Positions 44,381 through 57,855 of a stretch of DNA of 64,000 nt are shown here, in pieces. A program made the position numbers and the translations under genes. Under the pieces are notes generated by a model that saw nothing but the letters and a program-made list of their open reading frames with translations, ran no database searches and was not told the origin of the DNA. Position 1 is the first letter of the stretch. Each line of letters begins with the position of its first letter. Source of the stretch: the human T2T-CHM13v2.0 reference genome, Homo sapiens; the NCBI RefSeq assembly GCF_009914755.1, contig NC_060937.1; one strand, 5' to 3'.

Positions 44381-46059
44381 GAGAAGTTTCTCTTCTACTT
44401 GCAGCATTTCTTCCATTTCACCTTCCTTTTTGAGTACTTTTCCTTATTTCATGTTTTTGCACTTGTTTCTCATGAAGTCTGTTATTTTCTCTCTATTCTA
44501 ACATCCTCTTTTACTGGAGGTAGGTAATTAACAAATTACTTCACACTGAAGCTTTAATGATTTCAGGATTATTATCATTGCAAAATTCCTGGATCATGAA
44601 GAATAGGAAATATCTCCAAGAAACGAGTCTATAATGGTAGCTCTCAAAGACCAGGAAACCCTAGAATGTCTCTTCTCCTCATTGGTCTTCATAACCCATA
44701 GTTTGCTCTAACCACAGCCATTGAGTTAGAATTCTAAGTAGCCCACAACTTAGATTCATTTTATTACTTATCATTTACTACTCATATGTTTTCAAAGAAT
44801 TAAAATTCCTCTTTTGGCATTGAAAAATTTTCTCTGTGCATCTATATTACTAAGTATGTTTTCACTACCTGTTCATTGGGAACACACTTTACAAAAATTA
44901 CTGTGAATTCAATTAAAAATTATATGTCTGAATCTGCATTTTATTCCTCACAGTAGAGTTTATAACTTTGGAAACTATCATACATGTACTTACTTGTAAG
45001 ACAGTATTTATTCAGTCTACAAGCAGTATTTGGTGCTACATGCAACCATGTTCCCCTGGTGACAACTTGCATCCATTGGGGTAGCAATCGTCTACAGAGG
45101 GAAACACTGAGAAGCACAGAGGAAAATAAATTCTAGAAATTCTTGGGAGAAATTGCAAATAGATAGGCCAAAAAGAAGTCAATTCCTCTAGACCTCAGGA
45201 CCATGAATTGGAAAGTGGAGGCTCCTAGTGGTGCTCCCTAAATTCTAAAGGTCCAACGGCTCTTTGAATCTTTGCCTTTGTCAGGATAAAGGCAGGTCCA
45301 AGGTGTTAACTCTAAATCCTCAAAATAGAATCTAAGCTATCAATTTGCTTATTCTGAAGCAATTTTCAATGGTTTTCCCTGCTTTTCTTTTCCATGCATC
45401 TAACTGCACTCTTGTCTTCTCACAACACATAGGACCCACTGCTGCACAGAAGGAACTTGAATTCTAATCAGCCAATGTTTTATTTGTGGGACATCCCATC
45501 AAATTTTTTAAAAAAGATCTTATTGAACAGAAGAGGGAAATGGAATTTGAGGATGACTTGACATTGTGAGATTAAATGGGGTTGGCCGAAGTTTGACCAG
45601 GACTTTTCCCTGCTCTGCTGGAGAGACTGTCTCTCCTCTTGGTGCCCTTCTTGGAGGAGCATTTTCAGCCTGCTGCCTAAACAGCTGTTGATGGATAGCT
45701 TTCTCCCTGCAGCACTGCTCCAAAAGCTGGTAGCAGAGATGGCTGATCTATTCCCAGCTGTCTGGATTTTAAGGCTGAGCTGTAGGCTTCAGGGATAGCC
45801 ACACACATTCTTTCAAGGTCTGAGGCAGGCACACTGGAAATAGTGTGGCCCACTACACCTGGGCTTCTTACATGTAAGCCCTTTATGCTCTCCCAGGCTC
45901 TGACCTGCTCTGTGATCACAAGGGCAGTCCTAAATGGAGATCTGTATGAGATCAGCAGTATTTAGCAATTGGGAGTTTGACATAATGCACTTTCTCATAA
46001 TTTATTAAAGTTGCTAATACATTTAAAAAATATGTGAAGAACATGGAAACCTCTCAGTA

Positions 46060-46640
46060 ATATGTTCTAGTGCACTAACCCTCCATTGATTTTGCATCTC
46101 AATCAGAGTAAAAGCCAAAGACCTTATGATGACCAGTAAGGGTCACCATCTGGTCACCTCACTCTCCCCACCTCTCCAATCTTAAGTTACTGCTCTTACC
46201 CTCACTCACTCTGCTCTAGCCACACTGACCTGGTTGCTATTCCCAGAATATTCTAGGCATGCTCCTGCCTCAGGACCATTGCATTTCCTCACTCCTCTCC
46301 CCAGAAGCTATCAGACCTGCTGCCTGCCCCCTTAACACCTCAAATGGCATCCTCCCTTTGAGATCTTCTTTGTTCATCCTATGAAAACTTGTAAAGTTTT
46401 CTGCACACACACTTCCTGTCTCTCTCAGTTCTGTTTTTCTCTCTAGCACTTATCACCATCATCATATTCACTACATGTTGTATTTATTGATCTTGTTGAG
46501 TGTCTGCATTCACCCATTAAAATGTAAGCTCTATGAAGGCAGGGACTTTTGCCTGTTGTGCTCATTGTCTTGTCTCTAGTGCTGAGATCAGTGCTACACA
46601 GAGTACCATACATTAAATATGCACCGAATAAATGAACACT
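46060..46640 (+). mobile_element. L2a 3' region
   Basis: CAGAGTAAAAGCCAAAG.CCTTA..., CACTCACTCTGCTCTAGCCACACTG, AATGTAAGCTCTATGAAGGCAGGGACTTT. Confidence 0.8.
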
Positions 46641-47832
46641 TATTTATCACTCAATCATGCAATGAATGGATGAATGATTGAAAACTGGTAGTCAATGCTG
46701 TCCAAGAACATGACTCTTGGGAGACTCTTGCCATGCTATTTTTTCTTCTTTGAGATAATCCGCAGCTCAGGCACTGAGGTCAACAACTCTAATGTTCAAG
46801 ATCTTCCAAGTAGGAGGGAGGAGGTTGGATAAACAGAGTTTGAGTAAATTTGCCCTTGGCTTTTGAGAGAGCTAAGTGAGAATCCTGGCTTTCCCACCTC
46901 CTAGCTCTGTGACCACTGATAAACTATTCAACTTAGGTCAAGCTGTTCAACTCTGGCCTTAGCTCACTCAATATGTAAAATAGAATGATATGAAATTCAG
47001 GGATTTATAAGAATCAGGGTTGAAAACATTGGGCATATAGTAATATACTCTTATTAAAATGAAATGTATTTTCATATATATAAATAATTTGTATTAATTT
47101 GTAGAAGTTTGCTTATTGATAAAGCAGACAGTCATATATTTATTGACATTTTCATTTTAGGGGACACACCATATCTATATTTAAAATAGTATTTTTTGTC
47201 TTACTGGAAAAAAAGCCTCCTATGTATACTTTGATTAAATTATCACATGTATTTCTGTTATTTAAGGATCCTAAAATGAAAACAAATAGCTTCTAAAGCA
47301 GTTAAAATAATTATCAAGGTATATTTGTTCACTCCAGATCTCATCCCACAAGGTTTACAAGAGTCTTGGCTTTTGAAATCTGTGTCTTCCAAAAATTCAT
47401 TTGTTAAGCAAGCACTGAGCACTTGCTCTCTTCCAGGCACCGGGCTCTACATTACTGGCTATTCCCAATGGCAGGAAAGAGCTTCTGCTCATGAGAAACT
47501 TACAAGATAGGCCCAAGATGGGATCTGACATCAATACTGATATTGATAATGGTTAATAGCAGGCATTAGGGGTTAAGTGCTGCCCCAGAGGTGCAGATTG
47601 TTACAGACATGCAGAGAAGGGGAAAGATGCTTTCTCAAGGAAGCTTGGAAGTGGTCAGAGAGTCATTCATGTGAGGGAAGGTCAGGGGACCAAAATAGAG
47701 GAATGGAAACAGCTTGAGCAAACTCATAGACGAGGAAGGAAGGCATAAGTCTTTGGATTTTCCCAACTCCAACTGACCTCAGCATGAAAAGAAAGCAGGG
47801 CTTGGACTGGAAAGGAAGCTCACTCTCTGGCA

Positions 47833-47944
47833 ATGTGGAAGGCCTTGCTCATGGGTGAGGATGTGGAAGGCCTTGCTCGTGGGTGAGGATGTGGAAGGCC
47901 TTACTCGTGGGTGAGGATGTGGAAGGCCTTGCTCGTGGGTGAGG
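47833..47944 (+). repeat. 28-bp minisatellite, 4 copies (ATGTGGAAGGCCTTGCTCGTGGGTGAGG)
   Basis: Units start at 47833, 47861, 47889 and 47917; two single-base variants. Confidence 0.95.
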
Positions 47945-48059
47945 CAGTTGGATGCGATTCAGGAAAGAATGGGGGTTCTCTGAGGGTTCAGTGGAGGAGA
48001 GAGATACACTCATGGCCATAACCAAGGGTTTGTTCTCAATTTCTTTCATACGCCAATGA

Positions 48060-49040
48060 CTTCCAGACCACACCTCTCTCCTGGACTCTAGATTCCTGGA
48101 CCCAACAGCCTGCTTGGCACCTCTCTTTCAATGTCTTATAGGCATCTCAAACACCACTCCTGCTATTTCCCCCACATTTGCTTGAGCCGTGCTTTCTGCA
48201 TCTCGACTGCTGACAAAAATCCCCTTCCAGGGGCTCAGGCCCAAAACCTTAGAATCATCCTGACTGGTCCCTTTTCCACTTCACATTCAGTGTGTCAGGA
48301 AATCCTATTGGCTCCACCTTCCTCCACTGCCAGCAGCCTGGTCTGAGCCACCGTCTTCTTCCCCTGGGTGACCACCACAGCCTAACTGGTCTCCTGATGC
48401 CACCTCTGGCCCCTTCGGTCCATTCTCACACAGTAGCCAGAGCCATCCTTCTAAAACACCAGTGAGATCACATCACTCCTCCCCTCAAAATTCCCATTTC
48501 CTTCAAAGAAGAAAACAAGTTCTTACAATGGCCTGCAAGACCCTACCTGGTCAAACCATGGTTGTTTCTCAGAACTCCTTTCCAGCTTGGCCCTGGCTCA
48601 TGGAGTCCAGATTCTCCAGCCTCTTGGCTGACCCTCAGATGCACCAGGCATGCGTCCTCCCGAGCCCTTAGTGCTGGCTGTTCTCTCTGCCTGGGATATG
48701 CTTCATCTGGATACAGGCAGGACAACTCCCCACCTCCACAAAGTCTTTGCTGCTGAATTACTTTCTTAGTGGTAATGGCCCTGCCTATGTAACTAAAAAG
48801 GGCCACCCAACCCACCAGCACTCCCCATCCTACTTACCCACTTGTTCTTCCCCAAAGCCCTCAGCACGTTCTGCTGTGTAACTTGTGTATCATCTTTATT
48901 GCTTATTGTCTGTCTCCCCTAACTAGAAGCTAAGTTCTGTGTGGACAGGGCCATTTGTGAGTTTTGTTGTTGATATCCCATGTCCCTGGAACACTGCCTG
49001 GCCCAAGGTAGACTTGCAACATATGCCTGTGGAGTGAATG
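48060..49040 (+). mobile_element. L2 fragment
   Basis: CCAACAGCCTGCTTGGCACCTC..., CTCAGGCCCAAAACCTTAGAATCATCCTGACT, CTAGAAGCTAAGTTCTGTG.GGACAGGG. Confidence 0.75.
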
Positions 49041-50074
49041 AAGGGGATAGTGCAGCAGAGGGTATAGGAAGTAGAGAAGGCATCTGTTGGCAGCACTGTC
49101 ACACATCTGATGGCCTGGACCAGCCTGACAATGCCAGTGGGAACGGAAGGTGGCAGGGGATGCAGGAGACAGGGTGGGTATGTATCTAGGGCTGGGTAAC
49201 TCAATGTGGGAGATGCCAAGCTTTGTGATGGATGATGCATCAATTGGGCTTCAGTCCCGTGTGGTCCTATAAGTGTCACTCTGTTCCAGGGCCGGGGATC
49301 ATATGCTTTTCGCTGCTGAACTGTCTGTGGATCACAGAGGCAACCAGGTAAAACTGGGTGGATAAAATGAACAAAATATCAATCCTGTAAAAATAGCTCA
49401 GAACTGCGTACCCTCCCAGTGGACCCCACAGAGTGTCAAAGTATGACATGCTCAGGACAGGCACGTGTTTCATATTGGGGTCATCTGAAGGAGGTGGACA
49501 GTTCTCCCACCCTACTGTTCCTAGGGAAAATTCCCTCATCTGGGGCTTTAGTCTTTTGCCATAAGCAAAGCATTGATATGTGCCTAAAGTATGCATGCAG
49601 AACTCTTAAATGATAGTTTTATGTATGCATAATCCTTTTGGCTGTCTGAAATCCAGGTGCCTCATTTGCAGATTCTGAAAGCTTGTGATCTCCCTGTAAC
49701 AGGGCAGTCCCAGAGGCTGTTAGTGGTGCCTTGTCTTGCCCTAATAGACGGAGATATGATGGCAGTGGCCTACTTTGGTTATTCACTTCAATTATTAGTT
49801 TGAAGTATTAAAAGCCAACCATATTTATAAAATATACTCGATCACTTTAATGGGATTTTGAAAACTGTATGATTTATGAAACATTACATAGATCCTTCTG
49901 GCTAATATTATACTTAAATATTACTTATTACCATGCTTTCTTCCCTTCCATTCATGTGTATATGCATTGCAGATTTATGTATGTAGAGTTTCTCAAAGAT
50001 AAGAACAGTTTGCTTTTCATCTTTGTAGCCCCTTGGGCCTAGCACAGTACCAGACATAAAGTAGGAATCAATAA

Positions 50075-50585
50075 TTTGTATTCAGAGAGTGTGGTGGTTC
50101 TGGAGCCAGGCTGAGTAGGTTCAAGTCTGGATCTTCCTCTTACTAGCTGTGTCACTTTAGACAAGTTATCTAACCTCTCTGTGCCTTGGTTTCCACATCT
50201 GCAAAATGGGCATAAAAATAAGACCTACCTGAAAGGCATATTGTGAACACTAAGGAGATCATTCCTGTAAAGCACTTAGAGGCATGCTTGGCACATTGTG
50301 AGAATTCGGCAAACATAATTAGTTTTTATAACCATATGAATGTGTGGAAGAAGTATAGTGATTAAGAGCAGTGGCTTTGGAGTCACACTGCCTGGGTTCA
50401 AATCCTGGTTCTGTATCTTGCTACTTGCACACCCTAGGACAAGATCATTCATCTCCTCAGGCCTCAGTTCTCTGTCTGTCAAATAGGGATATTAAGAGCA
50501 CCTCCCCCTCTCAAATGTTTGTCTGAGATTTTGCATGTGAAACAGCACGGTGTCTAGCATGCATCTAATGAGTAAAAATAATAAC
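50075..50585 (+). mobile_element. Two MIRs
   Basis: CTTACTAGCTGTGTCACTTTAGACAAGTTATCTAACCTCTCTGTGCCTTGGTTTCC.CATCTG.AAAATGGG, and a second copy starting ~50350. Confidence 0.75.
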
Positions 50586-52155
50586 AATGGTATTTGACTG
50601 CATTCAAAAGCTGTTACCAAGTATTATTACCATCTATGTAATTCCTTTTTAAAAAATAAAAAATTGGACTTCATAATAATGCATCAATTCAGTTTGTAAA
50701 TACATTTGACTAGCAGTTTCTGGACTACCCAGAGCTTAAGTATCCAGCCAGCAGTGACAGATGAAGAACAGCTGGGGTTTGCTGAGGGAAAAGACTTCTT
50801 CCACAGTTTACAGGCAGGTCCTAAGAGAAAGAGGAAGTAATGTCATAGCTCACTAAGTTGGGCTGAATTTGACCAGAAGAGACCCCAGGGTCTGAAGTTA
50901 GTTCTGCCCACTGGGACACAGAGATGGAGATTTCAATGCTGTGAGCCTGGGTGTGTTGTCTCAAGGTCTCCGCCCTCTCTAGGTACGTACTGGAGAAACA
51001 TGCAGCAGCAGGAATTCTGAGAAAAATTAGCAGGTATCTACTGAGGGTGGACCACAGTGAAGAAAAACCCTGGATGGGGACCCTCAGAAAGGGTGAGTGA
51101 GCAACAGCTGCACAGCAGGGGACACAGGACCCCAGCCTACAGGCAGGGTTTTCTGGAGGCAAAGGCAAAAGGCAGAGCTTCACTCTGGTAAGGAGCCTGG
51201 AGGGAGGCAGGTTCTCAGACCTTGAACTTGGAGGCAAAAAGAGAAGCCTGCGGGACCCTGTAGCATAAGACGTGGGACACCCGGCGGGTGTTAGGGCTTG
51301 AAACAGAGCAGCTGTCTAGTCAAAGCTAGGGCCATGAGTCAGCATCAGCTGGTGCAAAGATTCAGTGTCACTTGAGGATTGATTCTGGGGACTTGGGTCT
51401 CACTGGGGGAGTGCTGGCCAGGCGGGAGCTCTGGCAATGACCAAGGGCACTAAAGGCTGGGCCTGATGAGAAGGAATGAATAGGCAGGGTGGTCGTGAGG
51501 GTGATAGAAGACTCCAGCTGAATAGAGCAGGCCTCTCCCCTGTCCTCCTCCCTACCACTGTCCCTCTGTATGTCAAAGTGCCAGCGAAGATGACCCCACC
51601 CGTGTCACGGGTGAGACTCTGCCAATGCACATCTATCTAGCTTGTAAAAGCAACTCCAAATTAATTGCTGGCCACATTCACCCATTTTCTTTGACTTCCA
51701 TCCTGCTAGACTGAATGATTTTCTTTCCCCTCCATGCAATTTTAATATCAAGGATGATTTTTATCAAGTCATTCTCTGTAATCAGAATACAAAAATTATC
51801 CCAACATTTCTCTTTGAAAATGGATCTTCAGAGACCCAGTAGCCCTTTATGCATTACTAATGAGTTCTTTAGTGAAACATTTTGTCTTTTACTAAAATAA
51901 ATCTCTTCTATTAAATCTTCCGTGGGAAAAATCGGATGGCATTTAAGCTGACTAGTTTCACTGGTAGAAAATCATCGTACTTGTTAGGGATTTGGGGGTT
52001 GTTATAGTTTATTTTTGAGCAAATAGGGAGATCTCATTACCTAAGATCATGAAAAAAATTGAATACACATTCACAGAAACAACTCTTAGTGTTGGAGGAG
52101 ACTGTAGTATTTTGCTGGTGTAACCGCCAATCTCAAGACAAAATACATTATCTAA

Positions 52156-52616
<461 letters not shown>

Positions 52617-52661
52617 TGGAAGGGTCTATTTTAGACCTCTCTCACAGCTCTGATAGCCTCA

Positions 52662-53029
<368 letters not shown>

Positions 53030-53219
53030 CTATGCATGGATCTCTGTGACTAAATTTTCTCTTTTTATAAGGACACCAGTCATACTGGATTAGAGTCCAC
53101 CCTAATGTCCTCCCTGTAACTTGATTACATCTGTCAAGACCCTACTTCCAACTAGGATCCCATGCTGAGATTCTGTGGGTTAGGACTTCCACATGCAGGG
53201 AGACACAATTCAACATGGT

Positions 53220-53489
53220 CAACCAGGGCACTCTGGCCTTGTCACAGTATATTTATAATAAGATGTGATATTCAAAATATTTTACCATAAGTACCTCCCA
53301 GATGGGCAGCAGCCAATCAGAGTGCACCACAGCTAGTCCCGGAAACCCCCTGCTGTGTGGGTTTAACTCTTTGATTGCTGGGGTCCAGGAGGGGAAGATG
53401 CTGGGACTGTGGAAGAGGCACTGGAGTGGCCAGAGAAGCAGGGAAAACACTTGACATTTAACAGGCTTGGGACAGTGTCTGTTTTCTAC
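53220..53489 (+). repeat. Copy 1 of a ~270-bp direct duplication
   Basis: ~96% identical to 54859-55129 (about 10 substitutions and 1 indel by eye). Confidence 0.95.
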
Positions 53490-54416
53490 TATCCACTGTC
53501 ACCTCCATCGAGTGCATTATCATGCAAAGTCACTCATTCTGTTTTAAACAAATCTCACATATTGAGCCAAAAATCTGTAACCCCATAGTGTCTCCCATGG
53601 ACCACAGCAGGCGATGGAGAAGGCACGTGTTTTGGTGAGGGAAGAGCAGTATTTAGCCCTGGTTGACTTTAACAACATGACCTGGAAATTACCTTAAATC
53701 TCTCTGAGCCTCATTTCCTTACCTTTAAATTGGGGTAACAGAAAACAAGAATATTGTGAAGGTCTAATAAGACAGGGTGTGAAGAATGCTTTTTAAGGTG
53801 TGATATAGAAGTTCCATCGTGAGTTTCTTAAAAGCAGCTCTGGGTAGTGCTGACGGCACAGAGTCCCAGGCCAGCCAGCTTGACTGACTGCACAGATCTG
53901 CCACTTACTTACTAGCTGTATGCCCATGGAAAGTTATCTCCCCCTCTCTGTGCCTCTGTTTCATCCCATAAAATGGGATTATTAACATTACCTCTGCTAA
54001 GAGCTTGTAGTGAAGACTAAATGGGTATGATCTCTAAGAAGCACTTAGAAACTGCCTGGTAGATGATATGTACAACGTTATATAAGTCTCTGCTATTTTT
54101 ATCGAGGGCAGGGCCACAGCTTACAGTCCTGTGTGCAATTCCTTCCCAGTTTCTGGCATAGAGCAGATGCTCCAAAACTGTCAGATGAGTAAAGGAGGAG
54201 GCACACCGCTTCCACCCTCAGGAGGTGCAGGATAAAGCCCACACCTCTTCCCTGTACCTCTGCTCTGCATAGCCTTCCCCAGCCGGTGCATAAATGCCCA
54301 CGCCATGGTGCAAGCTGCCATGCCCTCCATCTTCCCAGGCTGTTTTTTCTGAAAAAAGTGCAGCTTCCCCCTGCTGCAGTCCAGGACTGCAATGCAGGTC
54401 TTTCCTGAGACATCAA

Positions 54417-54646
54417 GTACAGAAAGTCCCTGGCTTATAATGGTTCAATTTACGATTTTTGACTTTAGAACAGTTCAAAAGCAATATGCATTCAGCACAC
54501 TCCTGGACTCATGATGGGGTTACATCAGAAAAACCCATTGTAAATTGAATATGTCATAAGTTGAAAATGCATTTTCAACATATACTATTTTCCATTAACC
54601 ATGGGTTTATCAGAACTTGAGTCTATGGTAAGGCAAGAAGCATCTG
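54417..54646. mobile_element. Tigger5/MER47-like DNA transposon fragment
   Basis: GATGGGGTTACATC...AAACCCATTGTAAATTGAA.AT.TCATAAGTTGAAAATGCATTT; ends AGCATCTG. Confidence 0.65.
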
Positions 54647-54858
54647 AAATCCAAAACCGCCTAAGAGGAATGTTCTTTTCCTGTGTTGCTGAAAACGAAG
54701 GAACTCTTAATAGGATGCTCTATTTTTCCCATCTTCTTCCAGTGTTTCTTAACCTAGTCTTCCTTCCCCTCCAGCCCACCCCTTCCCTATTCCTGTCTCC
54801 ATAGGCACACAACCCTTCTCCCACTTCTTCCCGGAAGCATTCCCAACTCCGACACCAG

Positions 54859-55129
54859 CAACCAAGGCACTCTGGCCTTGTCATAGTATATTTATAATAA
54901 GATGTGATATTCAAAATATTTTACCATAAGTAACCTCCCAGATGGGCAGCAGCCAATCAGTGTGCACCACAGCTAGTCTCAGAAACCCCCTGCTGTGTGG
55001 GCTTAACTCTTTGATTGCTGGGGTCCAGGAGGGGAAGATGCTGGGACTCTGGAGGAGGCACTGGAGTGGCCAGAGAAGCAGGGAAAACACTTGACACTAA
55101 ACAGGCTTGGGACAGTGTCTGTTTTCTAC
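54859..55129 (+). repeat. Copy 2 of the ~270-bp direct duplication
   Basis: GGCACTCTGGCCTTGTCA.AGTATATTTATAATAAGATGTG...ACAGGCTTGGGACAGTGTCTGTTTTCTAC. Confidence 0.95.
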
Positions 55130-55418
55130 CTGAGATGGAAGTCATTTCCAGTGTTTAAGTAAAATGGCACAGCTGTGCAGGAACACACCCACAAAATGTC
55201 GGCCTTTAATACATGTGTCCAAATTCCAGGCAGCCTTCTGTGGGGGTAGGTGATTCACCATATAGTATTGCAATCAGTTTGAAAAAGGCTGTAACAGAAG
55301 ATGCATAATAAGGTTTTGTATCTTTGGACAGATTTCACTTATTTCAAAAATTGACTAGCTTCTGGAATTGCTAAGGACTGATGATAATAAAAATAGAACC
55401 CAACATTTACTAAACATT

Positions 55419-55735
55419 CAGTTGGCCCTCAGTATTCGTGGATTCAACCAACTATGGATTGAAAATACTAGTTAAAAATTGCGTCTGTACTGAACATGGT
55501 CAGACTTTTGTCTTGGCATTATTCCCTAAACAGTAAAGTATAACAGCTATTTACATTAGCATTCACTTTGTATTAGGTGTTATAAGTAATCTAGAGATGA
55601 TTTAAAGTATATAGGAAGATGTGTATAGGTTATATGCAAATACTAGGCCGTTGTATATCAGGGACTTGAGCATCCTGAATTTTGGTATCTGTGGGAGGTC
55701 CTGGAACCAGTTCCCCATGGAAACTGTGGGATACA
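55419..55735. mobile_element. MER2 (TcMar-Tigger)
   Basis: CAGTTGGCCCTC..TA...GGATTCAACCAAC...TATAAGTAATCTAGAGATGATTTAAAGTATA..GGA.GATGTG.ATAGGTTATATGCAAATACT. Confidence 0.9.
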
Positions 55736-55844
55736 GATGTCATGTGATGGTGTTTATAAGGCTTCAGGAAGTAAACCCCCATAGAGTGGTTGTCAATTAC
55801 TCTGGCTTCTTTTAATTCTCTAAATGGCTAGCTCTAATTAAAAA

Positions 55845-56130
55845 AAAAATTTTGTGGGTACATAGTAGGTGTATATACTTATGGGGTGCATGAGATGTGT
55901 TGATACAGACATGCAATGTGAAATAAGCACATCATGGAGAATGGGGTACCCCTTCTCTCAAGCATTTATCCTTTGAGTTACAAACAATCCAATTATATTC
56001 TTTAAGTTATTTAAAAATATACCATTAAGTTATTGTTGACTATAGTCACCCTATTATGCTGTCAAATAGTAGGTCTTATTCATTCTTTCTGTTTTTCTTG
56101 TACCCATTAACCATCCCCACCTCCTCGCTC
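55845..56130 (-). mobile_element. L1MA 3'UTR fragment
   Basis: TTTTGTGGGTACATAGTAGGTGTATATA.TTATGGGGT.CATGAGAT...TTACAAACAATCCAATTAT. Confidence 0.85.
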
Positions 56131-56607
56131 CAAATGGCCAACTCTAACTCCCACCTTCCTCCCCACTCTCAACTAGATAATCTGATAAATATCTTAGCTT
56201 AAATGTTAAATGTCCCATCCTCTGGAGTCATCCCTGACCTCTAAACTAAGGAGAGCTCCCTGCAATGCATTCACACCGCCTATCATGGCATTGATCACTC
56301 TATTTTAATTGTCATTTTAATATCACAGGGCTTGGCACATGGAAGGGGTTCAATACATATTTGTTGAAGGAAGGAAGGAAGATCACTGGATAACATGCAC
56401 CCGTCGTATGAGGTTTCCTGTACGGTTGGGGTTTGAGGAGAAGTTCGGGAAGTAGACAGAAAAGGCCTGCCCTCCCTAGCAGGAGAAATTCCAAGGCTCA
56501 GATAAAAATGTTTCATGGGATTTCTATTCACCCATGGGGCTGCAGACATTAATGAATGTGGTATCAAAAAATCTAGACTCTATGAAGTCAAACAGCCACT
56601 AGATTGG

Positions 56608-57149
56608 TATATTTGTCAGTGTTCTCTAAAAAACAGAACTAATAGGATAGATGTATATATGAAGGGGAGTTTATTGGGAGAATCGACTCACACGATCACA
56701 AGGTGAAGTCCTGCACTAAGCTGTCTACCAGCTGAGGAGCTAGGAAGCCAGTCCAAGTCCCAAAACCTCAAAAGTAGGGAAACCAACAGTGCAGCCTTCA
56801 GTCTGTGGCCAAAGGTCCGAGAGCCCCTGGCAAACCACTGGTGTAAGTCTAAGAGTCCAAAAACCAAAGAACTTGGAGTCCGATGTTCGAGGGAAGGAAG
56901 CATCCTGCATGGGAGAAACATGAAGGCCAGAAGACTCAGCAGGTTGTTCATTCCACATCCTTCTGCCTGCTTTTTTCTAGCCTTGCTGGCAGCCGATTAG
57001 ATGGTGCCCACCCAGATTGAGGGTGGGTCTGCCTCTCCCAGTCCACTGACTCAAATGTTAATGTTTGGCAACACTCTCTCAGACACACCTAGGAACAATA
57101 CTTTGCATCCTTCAATCCAATCAAGTTGACACTCAATATTAACATCACA
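56608..57149 (-). mobile_element. MLT2A (ERVL) solo LTR
   Basis: CAGAACTAATAGGATAGATGTATATATGAAGGGGAGTTTATT...GATGGTGCCCACCCAGATTGAGGGTGGGTCTGCC...CAATCAAGTTGACACTCAATATTAAC. Confidence 0.9.
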
Positions 57150-57496
57150 ACTGGTTTCATGTAAGGTTGATATATGATTATGGTCCACACTAACCAAACT
57201 ACCCCCGTGACTCAGAAGACATTGATATTCTCATTAAATAAAATAATTTCCAAATGAAGCATCTGGTGCCTGGAAATTTGTTTCCCTGAATCTCTAAAGA
57301 ACTGATGGGCTATTTTTAGTCTCACTGATTTCTCTTAACTGGCACATTTTCAGTTAATGAATAAAATTAAGAGAATTAACAATCCTTATCGGTAAGAGGG
57401 GTTTCTCCCTTCATCAAGCCAACAAACAGCTCTCCCCATCACAAGACACAAGTAGTATGAGAAATTGGAACTGCCCAGCCAACCAAAATGCATTTA

Positions 57497-57855
<359 letters not shown>

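Noticed and set aside
47833-47944. CRISPR-like 28-bp repeats
   Set aside because: Head-to-tail with no spacers, in human intronic DNA; it is a minisatellite.
53220-55129. Direct repeats as LTRs of a small retroelement
   Set aside because: No TG...CA ends, PBS/PPT or TSD, and the interior consists of much older MIR and Tigger relics.
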